Shown piece after piece: positions 1 through 9,628 of a stretch of 64,000 nt of DNA. The DNA is from Acidobacteriota bacterium. Lineage in GTDB: Bacteria > Acidobacteriota > UBA6911 > RPQK01 > JAJDTT01. The stretch spans positions 832,001 through 896,000 of the forward strand of contig CBDCJH010000002.1 of NCBI GenBank assembly GCA_965217775.1, written 5' to 3'. Within the stretch, counting starts at the first letter, position 1. Each line of letters opens with the position of its first letter. The notes under the pieces are model-generated. The model was not told the origin of the DNA, made no database searches, and saw only the letters and a program-made list of their open reading frames with translations. Made by a program: the position numbers and the translations under genes.

Positions 1-134
1 GCGGCAATGGCCGGTCCGGTCCCGGGCACCGAAACCGTCCGGGAAGACTTGACTCTGGTACTCGGCAGTGATACGCCTTGTGGTGTTTCGCATGCCAGCT
101 TCTTTCATATTGGCCTTTTAAAGAGGGGGAAATC

Positions 135-3100
135 ATGAGCGAACGGAAGGGCTCCGTCCTTTTTCTGCTGGTCGTCCTGTTGGCCTGGAGTCCGGTCTGG
201 GCTCAGAGAACCCGCGGCTCCATCGGCGGCCGCATCGTGGACGACACCGGCGGCGTCATCCCGGGCGTGGCGGTCACCGCAGCCAACGTCGCCACCGGAG
301 TGGATCTTTCCACCGTCAGCAACGACACCGGCTCGTACCGGATCAACTACATGGACCCGGGAGAATACGAGCTGACCGTGTCGCTTCCCGGATTCAAGAC
401 CATCAAGCAGCCGGTCCAGGTGCGGACGGGGGAAAGCCTGATTCGGGACTACACGTTGGAGGTGGGCGAGGTCACCGAAGAGGTGACGGTCCAGGCCCAG
501 GCACCCCTGCTTCAGAGCAGCAACGCCACGCTGAGCAATCTCATCGACAATGAACGGATCGAGACCCTGCCGCTGGCTCAGGGGAACCCGAGCCACCTGC
601 TGATCCTGGCGCCCGGCGCCTCCAGCCCGCCGGGTGGCGGCTGGAAGTGGGACGAACCGGGGTGGTCCATCGCCACCGGCTTCTATTTTCACGGCACCCG
701 TGGAAACGCCATCGGCTTCACCCTCAACGGGATCAACAACGTGGGGAACGCCGTCGGCGGCAGCCAGCAGGCCCAGGTCCAGCCCTCCACCGAGGCCGTC
801 CAGGAGATGAAGATCTCCCACGACTACGACGCCACCAAGGGACACCACTCGGGGACCACCATGGACGTGACCATGAAGTCGGGAACCAACAAATGGCACG
901 GGTCGGTCTACGGATTCTGGCGCAAGAGCGACTGGAATGCCGCCGCCTTCTTCGACAACCGCGCCGGCGCGGACAAAGTGCCATCCTTCTATCGGCGGCA
1001 CGGCGGCGGAGTCAACGGTCCCGTCTTCAAGGACAAGACCTTCTTCGCCTTCACCTTCGAGAGCACCTTCCAGGAGACCACCGAGTTCTACGGGACCCGG
1101 ACCGTGCCTTCTCCAGCCATGTTGCAGGGGGACCTGTCGGCATTGCTGGACGCCGGTCCCGAATACCAGATCTACGATCCCAATACCATCCAGCCGACCG
1201 GGGACGGCTTCTTTTCGCGAATGCCCATTCCCAACAACATCATCCCTTCCAGCCAGATCCACCCCATCTCCCAGAAACTGCTGGAATTCTGGCCTGCGCC
1301 CAACGTGACCGGGGGAGCCGACGGGACCCGGAACTTTCAGCCGGTGACCCCCTCCCCCACCGGGTGGACCCAGTATTTTTCCCGCGTCGACCACACCTTC
1401 AGTCCCAGCAACCGGCTCTTCGGGAGCTACGCCCTCCTGGGCAACTGGTCGGGTGAGTGGCGGGACTATTACGGCAACCTGGCCACCGGTTTCTGGCAGG
1501 CCATCAAGAGGTGGAACTTCGGCCTGGACGACGTCTGGACCGTGAGTCCCACCACGATCGTCAATTTCCGCTACAGCTTCAACCGGGGAGGATATCCCGC
1601 CTACGCCAAGAGCATGAAGAAGACGAATCATCCTTCCGGTTTCTTCGACTTGGCCACCCTTCCTTTTTCCGAGAACATGCTGAGTCAGGTGGACCCGGCC
1701 GAGACGGCGCTGCCCCACATCCAGATCCAGGGGTTCAGCGGCATCCACGATGAGACCCGGAACGCGCTCTACCGCACCATGGTCCACACCGCGGAGACTT
1801 CCACCGACCTCAACCGGGGCAACCACAACGTCAAGTTGGGTATGGAGTTCCGCAGCAGCCTGACCAACCAGGCCAGCTTCACCTGGGCCAATCCGGTCTT
1901 CCGCTTCGGCTGCGATTTCACCAACGGCCCGCTGAACACCTCGCCCTGCGCCCAGGGTCAGGGTTTCGCCGCCTTCCTGCTGGGGCAACCCTCCAGCGGA
2001 TACATCAACCGGAACGCCAACTTCGCGGCCCACACCAACTACTACGGCGTCTTCCTGCAGGACAACTGGCGGGTGACTCCCGAATTGACCATCAACATCG
2101 GGGTTCGCTGGGAGTACTTCGCCCCCGTCACGGAGCGTTTCGACCGGAGCGTCAGCAGCTTCGACTTCGGAGCCGACAGCCCCATCGCGGCCGCGGCAAC
2201 TGCGGCGTATATGGCTAATCCCATTCCGGAAATCTCGCCCGGCGCCTTCCAGGTCAAGGGAGGAATCACCTATGCCGGCGTCGGCGGAATCCGAAGAGAA
2301 CTATGGGACGTTCCCTCGAACCTCTTCGCTCCCCGCGTCGGCTTCGCCTACCGCTTCGGCGAGGACACGGTCCTGCGCGGCGGTTACGGGATGTTCCACG
2401 AGCCGGTGGGCATCTTTGGAAACCGGTTCCGGCCCATCCTCACCGGATTCAGTCAATCGACCGATCTGGTTCCCAGTTTCGACAATGGCGTCACCTACGT
2501 CGCCAGCTTCGAGGATCCTTTCCCCGGCGGGATCAAGGAACCCATCGGAAACAGCATGGGTCTGGCCACGAATCTGGGTCAGAGCGTGAGCTTCTACGAC
2601 CAGAACACGGTCAAGATCCCCTACAACCAGCGGTGGTCACTAACTGTCCAGCACATGCTGCCGGCCGACACGCTGCTGGAAGTGGGCTACGTGGGAACCC
2701 GGGCGACGGGCGGATTCGGTTCCCGGAACCTGAACGTGTTGCCGGGCCGTTATCTGAGCACGCTGACCCACCGCAACGAAGCCAACATCGCCCTACTGGG
2801 CGCTTCTTTTCCCAATCCCTTCGCCGGACTGCTGCCAGGGACGGGATTGAACACCGCTAACATCAGCCGTAGCAATCTGCTCAAGCCGTACCCTCACTTC
2901 CGGAACGTGACCCTGAGCACGACCAATCAGAACTACGCGTGGTATCACGCGCTGGAGACCCGGCTGGAGCGGCGTCTGAGCCGAGGCATCAGCTACATGC
3001 TGGGTTACAGCTGGTCCAAGTTCATGGAGGCCCGGCAATTCCTCAACTCGAGCGATCCGGTCCCGTATGAGGTGGTGGCGACCGCGGACCGGACCCACAA

Positions 3101-3590
3101 TTTCAAGCTCACGGGAATCTGGCAGGTGCCCTTCGGACGCGGCCATTGGCTGGGCGGCTGGCAGGTCTCCGGAGTGTGGCAGCTCCAGAGCGGATTCCCA
3201 TTGAATTTCGGAAACGTCTTCACCACTTCGGGCTTCGACCCCAAGAAGCTGCCTCTGTCCGGCGGGACCGTGGAGAAATGGTTCAACACCAACGCCGGAT
3301 TCGAGAGGAGTTCCGCCAGGGCACCCGAGGGGACCCACATGCGGACCTTCCCCTTCCGCTTCAGCAATCTGCGTTCCGCGCCGGTCGATTTTTGGGACAT
3401 CAGCGTCATCAAGGACACCTTCATCAAGGAGGGACACCGGCTCCGCTTTCAGGCCCAGTTCCTGAACGCCTTCAACCACGCCAGCTTCGGCCCCGTGGTG
3501 ACCAATCCCACCAGCGGCAGCTTCGGGTTGGTCCAGCGGGACGTGACCTGGCCCCGGCGGATCATGCTCGGCGTCAAATACATCTTCTGA
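135..3590 (+). CDS. TonB-dependent receptor, Oar-like, with N-terminal carboxypeptidase-regulatory-like domain
   Basis: Signal peptide, GSIGGRIVDDTGGVIPGVAVT N-domain, plug motifs, C-terminal aromatic beta-strand (LGVKYIF). ATG at 135 follows a GAGGGGG RBS. Confidence 0.9.
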   Translation: MSERKGSVLFLLVVLLAWSPVWAQRTRGSIGGRIVDDTGGVIPGVAVTAANVATGVDLSTVSNDTGSYRINYMDPGEYELTVSLPGFKTIKQPVQVRTGESLIRDYTLEVGEVTEEVTVQAQAPLLQSSNATLSNLIDNERIETLPLAQGNPSHLLILAPGASSPPGGGWKWDEPGWSIATGFYFHGTRGNAIGFTLNGINNVGNAVGGSQQAQVQPSTEAVQEMKISHDYDATKGHHSGTTMDVTMKSGTNKWHGSVYGFWRKSDWNAAAFFDNRAGADKVPSFYRRHGGGVNGPVFKDKTFFAFTFESTFQETTEFYGTRTVPSPAMLQGDLSALLDAGPEYQIYDPNTIQPTGDGFFSRMPIPNNIIPSSQIHPISQKLLEFWPAPNVTGGADGTRNFQPVTPSPTGWTQYFSRVDHTFSPSNRLFGSYALLGNWSGEWRDYYGNLATGFWQAIKRWNFGLDDVWTVSPTTIVNFRYSFNRGGYPAYAKSMKKTNHPSGFFDLATLPFSENMLSQVDPAETALPHIQIQGFSGIHDETRNALYRTMVHTAETSTDLNRGNHNVKLGMEFRSSLTNQASFTWANPVFRFGCDFTNGPLNTSPCAQGQGFAAFLLGQPSSGYINRNANFAAHTNYYGVFLQDNWRVTPELTINIGVRWEYFAPVTERFDRSVSSFDFGADSPIAAAATAAYMANPIPEISPGAFQVKGGITYAGVGGIRRELWDVPSNLFAPRVGFAYRFGEDTVLRGGYGMFHEPVGIFGNRFRPILTGFSQSTDLVPSFDNGVTYVASFEDPFPGGIKEPIGNSMGLATNLGQSVSFYDQNTVKIPYNQRWSLTVQHMLPADTLLEVGYVGTRATGGFGSRNLNVLPGRYLSTLTHRNEANIALLGASFPNPFAGLLPGTGLNTANISRSNLLKPYPHFRNVTLSTTNQNYAWYHALETRLERRLSRGISYMLGYSWSKFMEARQFLNSSDPVPYEVVATADRTHNFKLTGIWQVPFGRGHWLGGWQVSGVWQLQSGFPLNFGNVFTTSGFDPKKLPLSGGTVEKWFNTNAGFERSSARAPEGTHMRTFPFRFSNLRSAPVDFWDISVIKDTFIKEGHRLRFQAQFLNAFNHASFGPVVTNPTSGSFGLVQRDVTWPRRIMLGVKYIF

Positions 3591-3618
3591 GCGTTCACGG
3601 GGTTTTGGAACCAAAATC

Positions 3619-3645
3619 GTAGGGGCAACCCTTGTGGTTGCCCCT
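3619..3645. repeat. REP-like palindrome (GTAG class)
   Basis: GTAGGGGCAACC-CTTGT-GGTTGCCCCT between convergent genes; related copy at 35899-35924. Confidence 0.7.
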
Positions 3646-3710
3646 TGTCGCAGACATTCGTCCATCCGGCCGGATAAACCGATCCCGGGAATCTGGGAAA
3701 CACTCGGAGG

Positions 3711-4676
3711 TCAGGCGCAGCGGGGGTCGTCCTCGACCCAGCGTTGAAACTTGGGATTTTCGACCTGGGCCAGATGGTCTCGGGCTTGACGCCAGCTCTC
3801 CGCCCAGACCTCCGGATCCCGGAGTTCCGACTCGGGATTGGAACGGCTCCGCGCCACGAAACCCGGAAACCAGGGACGCCCGGTTGCCTGTCCGATGGGG
3901 TTGTATCGAAGATCGAAGCTGCACCGCAGTTCATCGCTTCGATTGGGGAGGGAACTGTGCATGGTCAGCTTGTGCATGAAGAGGACGTCGCCCGCCTTCA
4001 TGGGTAGAGCCATGGCCCCGGCGCCGATGAGCCGGTCGGGAATCTGAAACTTTCCCGGTGTCACGCAGTGCAAGGACAAACCCCGTCTGTGACTGCCCGG
4101 CACCACCATCAGGCAACCGTTCTCTTTCGTGGCGTCGGTGACCGGCACCCAGACCGTCAGCATCTTGGTGGAGTCGGCGTCCGGCGTCACCACGCCCTGA
4201 TCCTGATGCCAGAAGGTGCGTGAGACCAGCGAGTTCGAGAGCACGTCCTCGGACAGCAGGCGCTGGGGCGGCTTGATACGAATGTGCTGGACGGGGTTGG
4301 AGTAGATCTCGGGACCGATGAAGCGTTCGACTGCATCCAGAAGTCTCGGATTTCTGAGGAGACGGAACACCTCGGGCGGATGATGAATCGGAGTATCGGG
4401 GTCGATCCCGCTCTGGGGTAGCGAGATCTCCATCCGCTGGAAGAAGGCACCACGGGTCTCGCTGACCACCGACGCCAAGCGCGTTCCGAACGAAAGGTCT
4501 TCGTAGGTCCTGGAGAGGACCCCCTCCGCCTCCAGTTGACGGCTCAGATCGTCCAATAGACGCTGGTAGTGGTCCAGGATGGGCTGGAGATCACGCTCCC
4601 GATCCAGGATGCCTTCCAGCACCACATAGCCTTGCTCCTCGAACTGCCGCATGAAACCGTTGGGCGTTCCAGTCAT
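3711..4676 (-). CDS. Phytanoyl-CoA dioxygenase (PhyH) family 2OG-Fe(II) oxygenase
   Basis: WHQD motif, ATKENGCLMVVPGSH, H-SS-PN-S..R. Start probably MTGTP at 4676 (ORF open to 4721). Confidence 0.88.
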   Translation of the reverse strand: MTGTPNGFMRQFEEQGYVVLEGILDRERDLQPILDHYQRLLDDLSRQLEAEGVLSRTYEDLSFGTRLASVVSETRGAFFQRMEISLPQSGIDPDTPIHHPPEVFRLLRNPRLLDAVERFIGPEIYSNPVQHIRIKPPQRLLSEDVLSNSLVSRTFWHQDQGVVTPDADSTKMLTVWVPVTDATKENGCLMVVPGSHRRGLSLHCVTPGKFQIPDRLIGAGAMALPMKAGDVLFMHKLTMHSSLPNRSDELRCSFDLRYNPIGQATGRPWFPGFVARSRSNPESELRDPEVWAESWRQARDHLAQVENPKFQRWVEDDPRCA

Positions 4677-4866
4677 GGCCGACTCCTGCTGTTGCGGTTC
4701 AAACCGTTTCTCTCCTGCCACGCCGATGCCCAGATCGCGATCGGTGGCGGGCCTACGATTGATTCCTCAGAATACGCCTCTCCAGCCGCCCGTGGCAAGA
4801 AGAGAACCGCGCTGCAACCGGTGGGGCGCGGAACGCTCGCCACAGGGTCTCACGTCATGGCCCAAC

Positions 4867-4920
4867 TTGATCCGGGGATTCATTTTGTATTACATACTAC
4901 ATTGAGCTGGGCAGCGGGAG
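4867..4920 (+). promoter_or_regulatory. Probable native promoter/operator and RBS of the TA operon, now separated from it by the IS
   Basis: AT-rich patch with TGTA-N8-TACA palindrome (4886-4901) and GGGAG directly before the TSD AAACTAAT. Confidence 0.5.
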
Positions 4921-4970
4921 AAACTAATGGGGATTATATACGAAAGTGCCGAAAAAGTTGCCCGTAGGGG

Positions 4971-4999
4971 TTGACAATCCCGGTACTTTCCTATAGAAT
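4971..4999 (+). promoter_or_regulatory. Sigma70-like promoter of the transposase
   Basis: TTGACA-17 bp-TAGAAT, then AGGAGG RBS before ATG 5025. Confidence 0.75.
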
Positions 5000-5024
5000 A
5001 TGTCTTGTAAGTCAGGAGGATGCA

Positions 5025-5975
5025 ATGAGTTACGAGACACGGAACAAGGCACCCGGAAAGGCGTTCCGAGAGGGACTTTCACTGCGCGGATTCTTCAAGA
5101 GATTTCCCGACGATAAAGCCGCTGAGGAATGGTTCATAAAGCGGCGGTGGCCGGAGGAAGTCTGTTGCGTCCATTGCGGCTCCACCAACGTCCAGACCGG
5201 AGCCAAGCATCCTTCCATGCCGTATCGTTGCCGCGATTGCGGCAAGCGGTTCAGCGTCCGGGTCGGGACGGTTATGCAGTCCTCCAAACTCGGCTATCAG
5301 ACTTGGTTGCTTGCGACCTACCTCCTTACTACCAGCCTCAAGAGCGTTTCCTCCATGAAGCTGCATCGTGACCTGGACGTAACACAGAAGACGGCTTGGC
5401 ACCTTGCTCACCGGATACGGAAAGGTCTGAACCTGACTGGAATGGCCCTGTTCTCCGGCCCGGTCGAGGCTGACGAGGCGTATCTCGGCGGAAAGCGGAA
5501 GAATATGCCGAAGGCCAAACGCGCCAAACTGGAGGGACGTGGAGCCGTTGGAAAGACGGCCGTGGCTGCCGTCAAAGATCGCCCCTCCAACCAAGTGTCG
5601 GCCCGAGTCGTCCCTGACACCAAGTCTGAAACCCTCTCCCGTTTCGTCTTGGAGCACGTGGGAGAAGATGCCAAGATCTACACCGACGATTCAACCTCTT
5701 ACGGCCGGCTTGTCAATCACGAGACGGTCAAGCATTCTCTTCAGGAGTACGTCAAAGGCAACTGCCACACCAACGGAGCCGAATCGTTCTGGTCGATGTT
5801 GAAGCGGAGTTACCACGGAACCTTTCACCACTTCTCGGAACAGCACACCGACCGATACGTTGGAGAGTTTGCCGCACGTCACAACCTAAGGCGCATGGAC
5901 ACGTTGGATCAAATGGCCCTGGTCGCTGACCGGATGGTGGGAAAGCGGCTGCGTTACAAGGATTTGGTGGGTTGA
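5025..5975 (+). CDS. IS1595-family (ISXO2-like) transposase
   Basis: Zn ribbon CxxC..CxxC; VEADEAY, YTDD and HTNGAESFWS catalytic motifs. Confidence 0.93.
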   Translation: MSYETRNKAPGKAFREGLSLRGFFKRFPDDKAAEEWFIKRRWPEEVCCVHCGSTNVQTGAKHPSMPYRCRDCGKRFSVRVGTVMQSSKLGYQTWLLATYLLTTSLKSVSSMKLHRDLDVTQKTAWHLAHRIRKGLNLTGMALFSGPVEADEAYLGGKRKNMPKAKRAKLEGRGAVGKTAVAAVKDRPSNQVSARVVPDTKSETLSRFVLEHVGEDAKIYTDDSTSYGRLVNHETVKHSLQEYVKGNCHTNGAESFWSMLKRSYHGTFHHFSEQHTDRYVGEFAARHNLRRMDTLDQMALVADRMVGKRLRYKDLVG

Positions 5976-6477
5976 ACGAAAATCGACTGAGCTTTGGAGA
6001 CCACCTTGAAGTCATGCGGGAGGATGTCCCGGATGAATCCGTTGGGAACACACCCAAGACATTGGCCTTCCCCATACCATCACACACGCTCAGGAGCTTG
6101 TCAGCATCGATAAATTCCGGTTTGAGAGGTGGGCTGCTGCTCTGGTGGAGGGTATGGAGCCGAACCGAATCCAGAGACGGGATGGCGGAAATGACGGCGT
6201 GGGACGGCTCCCGATCCGCCAGGGCCGGTTCATTGACATCGTTTCTCAGGTCAAAGGCGGCTCTACCAATCCCGGACAGGTCCAAGCCTTCAACGGCGCA
6301 CGTCAACAGGCCGGAGCTGATCTCGGCATCTTCACCTGCTTTCGAGACCGAGTGACCAACGGCATGAGAAATGCCGCCGTCAACGCCGGACGCTTCATGG
6401 ACCTGCCCAAGATTCAAATCTACACGCCGGAAGACTCCTTTGAGGGGAAACAACCTAGGATGCCGAGGGCCGCATGA
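5972..6477 (+). pseudogene. Internally deleted, frameshifted DNA methyltransferase + Mrr-like endonuclease fusion remnant (IS cargo)
   Basis: N-terminus NRLSFGDHLEVMREDVPDESV (start typical of beta-class MTases, normally followed by DLIYxDPPF) is joined in another frame to DKFRFERWA..DGGNDG..IVSQVKGG..PKIQIYT. Confidence 0.65.
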
Positions 6478-6656
6478 AGAAACCCAGACACAATCCCCAA
6501 CATCCCACCATCGAACTGGTCAAGGATTCCTACCAACCGACCAAGGCCGAACTGGAACCGGATATGCGCGTGGAAGCAGACTTCGAGGAGCTGGCCCGTG
6601 CATTGGTCCAGCCCGTGAATATCAGATGGATAGACCGGCCACGGAACCGGCGTTAA
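6474..6656 (+). CDS. Small hypothetical protein inside the IS1595 right end
   Basis: ATGA overlap with the previous ORF; 60 aa; ends just inside the right TIR. Confidence 0.55.
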   Translation: MKKPRHNPQHPTIELVKDSYQPTKAELEPDMRVEADFEELARALVQPVNIRWIDRPRNRR

Positions 6657-6696
6657 TGCTCAGGTTTCGGCACTTTCGTATATAATCCCCAAACTA

Positions 6697-6942
6697 ATGC
6701 ATACTGTTCCCTTGAGGATTGCCAACCAGAAGTTCTCGAAGCTGGTCCAAGAGGTTGAGAACGGTCAGGAATTCCTGATTACCCGGAGAGGCCATCCGAT
6801 TGCGGAGCTTGTACCCCACCGGGCTGACAAGACGTCAGACCCCAACTGGAATGCGGCCTACCGGCAGATGATGACCCGCCTAAGGGAGGGTGCTTCGCTC
6901 GGAGGTCTGAAGATCGATCGGGACGAGATCCATGAACGTTAA
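6697..6942 (+). CDS. Phd/YefM-family antitoxin
   Basis: ANQKFSKLVQEVENGQEFLITRRGHPIAELVP signature. Confidence 0.9.
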   Translation: MHTVPLRIANQKFSKLVQEVENGQEFLITRRGHPIAELVPHRADKTSDPNWNAAYRQMMTRLREGASLGGLKIDRDEIHER

Positions 6943-7062
6943 CGGGAATGGCCCACTGCTTGGCAAAAGGGTCGCGGAGACGAATCTCATCCTCCCGCAC
7001 CTGTCCGTCGAATGCCGACTATCTCCGGGACACAAGCTGTAACGGGCGTCCCCCGGTGAGCA

Positions 7063-7530
7063 ATGCGCGTTAGGCCCGTCGCCCGGCGCTTCTCGCTTGA
7101 CACCAACATCCTGGTGTACGCGGTCGACCTCAATAGTGGACTCCGACACGATGAAGCCGTCGAGATGGTCGGTCAGGCGGCGAAGTGCGACTGCGTATTG
7201 ACGATCCAGTCGCTGGCGGAATTCTTTCGCGCGACCACCCGAAAAGGGCTGCTCGATCCGGCGCACGCGGGTGCTTTCGTGCGAGATTGGCTCGGTCTGT
7301 TCGATATCGCCTCAGCGGACGATCAGGCATTGGTCGATGCCATGGATGCAGTCGAGGAACACGGGCTCTCATTCTGGGACGCTATGCTGTGGGCCACCGC
7401 GCGCCGTGCTCGTTGCTCGGCGATTCTGACCGAGGATTTGCAAGATGGCCGGCGCCTGGGTGGGGTCCAGTTCCTGAACCCTTTCAGGACTGAAAACAGA
7501 GACCGTTTGGCTCTGGTGCTGGCGGATTGA
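7063..7530 (+). CDS. PIN-domain (VapC-like) toxin
   Basis: LDTNILVYA, LAEF, SFWDAML, ILTED acidic PIN motifs. Confidence 0.9.
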   Translation: MRVRPVARRFSLDTNILVYAVDLNSGLRHDEAVEMVGQAAKCDCVLTIQSLAEFFRATTRKGLLDPAHAGAFVRDWLGLFDIASADDQALVDAMDAVEEHGLSFWDAMLWATARRARCSAILTEDLQDGRRLGGVQFLNPFRTENRDRLALVLAD

Positions 7531-7723
7531 TCCTCCGTGGCTCACATGTTCGATAAACCCTCGTTTCCGGAGGCGTTCGGAATCGGCGCGTCATGCCGGT
7601 TGGGTGGACCGTCACTGCTGGTTCGTCCTTGACGGGTCCCCGCACGCTTCCTACCATGGAGCCCCGGTTCGGTCCGGCGGCGAAATTCTCTGCCGGGACC
7701 ACCACCTTTGAGCTGAGAAACCC

Positions 7724-8323
7724 ATGTTTCTGAAAATACTCTCCCACCCCGTCTTCGTGAACCTGAACTTCCACATGCCCATGATCGTGGATCTGCGCCA
7801 TCCCCTCATCATGTTGAGCGGCGAGAACGGGTCGGGGAAGTCGACGCTGCTTCATTCCATCTTCCATGCGCTCAAGGGCGAAAGGCTGCAGAACTATTCG
7901 TATCGTCTCGAAACCCGGGACGTGGAGATCAAGGAGGTTCGCCTTTTCGACGCCGAACAGCACAATCCCCGCAATCAATTGCACCTCTTCAAGGACGAGC
8001 CGCGGATGCTCGAGTTTCTGCATGTCGCCAGCCACGGCCAGATCATGCTTTCGCTGTTCACGGAGTCGTTCCCCAAGTTGCCCGACGGGACGGTGCTCCT
8101 GCTGGACGAGCCGGAAATGGCCCTCTCCCAGTCCAACCAGCGCCGGGTGCTCAAGATGCTCATGGAACTGGTGGATCAGAAGAATATGCGCATCGTTACG
8201 GCGACCCATTCGCCGGTTTTGCTGGAGTCTCCGCACACCTATGTCATCGATCTGGATCAGGCCGTGAACCGGAACGTCCTCCCCAGCGATCTCCCGGTGC
8301 CGGGTCAGAGCACCATCAACTGA
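7724..8323 (+). CDS. Small ABC/AAA_21-type ATPase
   Basis: GENGSGKS, SHGQ, LLDEPE, ATHS. Confidence 0.85.
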   Translation: MFLKILSHPVFVNLNFHMPMIVDLRHPLIMLSGENGSGKSTLLHSIFHALKGERLQNYSYRLETRDVEIKEVRLFDAEQHNPRNQLHLFKDEPRMLEFLHVASHGQIMLSLFTESFPKLPDGTVLLLDEPEMALSQSNQRRVLKMLMELVDQKNMRIVTATHSPVLLESPHTYVIDLDQAVNRNVLPSDLPVPGQSTIN

Positions 8324-8377
8324 AGCTCCGTCCCGGACTCGCCGGATCCGGCGCCCCGGAGCCCGTGGTGTAGAAAG

Positions 8378-9262
8378 ATGGAAGTCATCCTGCGAGATGT
8401 GGGAAACGTTCTCACCCGGACCACGGGATTCCTCAAGACGGTCACTTCCCACTCGCTCCAACCCTATCGGGGCTGCACTTTCGGCAACTCCCTCTGCGGC
8501 GTCGGTTGCTACGTCCGGCACAATCCCTATGTGACCCGTGGGCGCTCCTGGGGAAGTTTTCTGGAGGTCCGCGAGAACGCCGCCGCTTCGTACCGGCGGC
8601 ATTGGCGCCGGGAAAGGAACTGGGCTCGGCGCCGCCCAGGGCAGTTCGGAATCTTCCTGTCCAGTTCCACCGAGCCCTTTCTGCCCCAGGAGTTCCGCTA
8701 CCGGGTGACCGGCAGCGTCCTGGAGGCCATGTTGGAGCAGCCGCCCGACCTGCTGGTGCTCCAGACCCACTCCCACCGGGTGACGGAATACGCCGGCCTC
8801 TGCCTGGAGCTCTCACGGCGCTGCCGGCTTCGGGTCCATATTTCCATCGAGACCGATCTCGACGCCGTCCCAGGCCTGCCCGGCCACGCCAGCACTGTCG
8901 ATCGCCGTTTCGATGCCGCGCGCCGGCTCAAGCGGCTCGGCCTGTTTACCGTGATCACGGTTTCTCCGCTGCTTCCGATCCGGGACCCGGAGCGCTTTTT
9001 CCACCGAATCAGCGAAGCCGCGGACCGGGTCGTGATCGACCATTTCATCGAGGGAGATGGAACGCGGGACGGGTCACGGACTCTGAAGACGGCGTTGCCA
9101 CGAGCCATGAAGCAGGTCGATGAACGATCGATCGGTCTGGCCTATCGGGACCGCATGGTCCAGTTGGCCCAGGACATCCTCCCGGGACGGGTCGGCGTGA
9201 ACATCGATGGGTTTGCGGGCCGGTATTTGACAAGCGGTCGGCCTATGATCGAACATGGCTGA
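8378..9262 (+). CDS. Radical SAM protein, spore-photoproduct-lyase-like family
   Basis: SLQPYRGCTFGNSLCGVGCY, SSSTEPF, VSPLLP. Confidence 0.8.
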   Translation: MEVILRDVGNVLTRTTGFLKTVTSHSLQPYRGCTFGNSLCGVGCYVRHNPYVTRGRSWGSFLEVRENAAASYRRHWRRERNWARRRPGQFGIFLSSSTEPFLPQEFRYRVTGSVLEAMLEQPPDLLVLQTHSHRVTEYAGLCLELSRRCRLRVHISIETDLDAVPGLPGHASTVDRRFDAARRLKRLGLFTVITVSPLLPIRDPERFFHRISEAADRVVIDHFIEGDGTRDGSRTLKTALPRAMKQVDERSIGLAYRDRMVQLAQDILPGRVGVNIDGFAGRYLTSGRPMIEHG

Positions 9263-9628
9263 GTTCCACAGGCTTCGGAGTCGGAGCGGTGGCGGTTCCA
9301 CGGTTTTGGGCGGCCAACGGGACCGAGCAGGATGGGTCCTGCTGATTGAGGGTATTGCCCGGAAAGGAGGGGATCCAGTGGAATTAGATAAACATGGTAT
9401 GGCGGAGGTGGCGTCCTTCTAACGGAAGCCACTCTTGTCAGTGGTGTCAAGGAGGGTTTCCCCACGGAAGGAGACCCAACGCCACCGAAACCATTCCTTT
9501 CTGGGCCCCGCGCCTGACCTCAGGCCGGGGCCCTTCGCATTTTCAGGCACGTGATTCCAACGGCGCCGCGCCACGGCGGAGCCAGGAACAGGCGGCCACC
9601 AGCGCCGCCCCTGCAAGTGTGTATTGAA

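Larger units (their letters stand above)
4929..6690 (+). mobile_element. Complete IS1595-family element with passenger DNA
   Basis: Perfect 26-bp TIRs GGGGATTATATACGAAAGTGCCGAAA (4929-4954; 6665-6690 inverted). 8-bp TSD AAACTAAT (4921-4928, 6691-6698). Confidence 0.95.

Noticed and set aside
105-2033. Long antisense or alternate-frame ORFs (also 13563-15212, 19829-21346, 25363-26979, 58147-60357 and others)
   Set aside because: Shadow ORFs of GC-rich genes; they fully overlap well-supported CDSs and have no motifs.
6940-7046. 120-bp gap between antitoxin and toxin with a 7-bp direct repeat TAACGGG
   Set aside because: Removing the segment does not restore a coupled reading frame, and there are no TIRs; insufficient evidence for an insertion.
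9390-9430. TGGCGGAGGTGGCG resembling the reverse complement of a tRNA 3' end or att site
   Set aside because: No T-loop (GTTCGA) or cloverleaf; too short.
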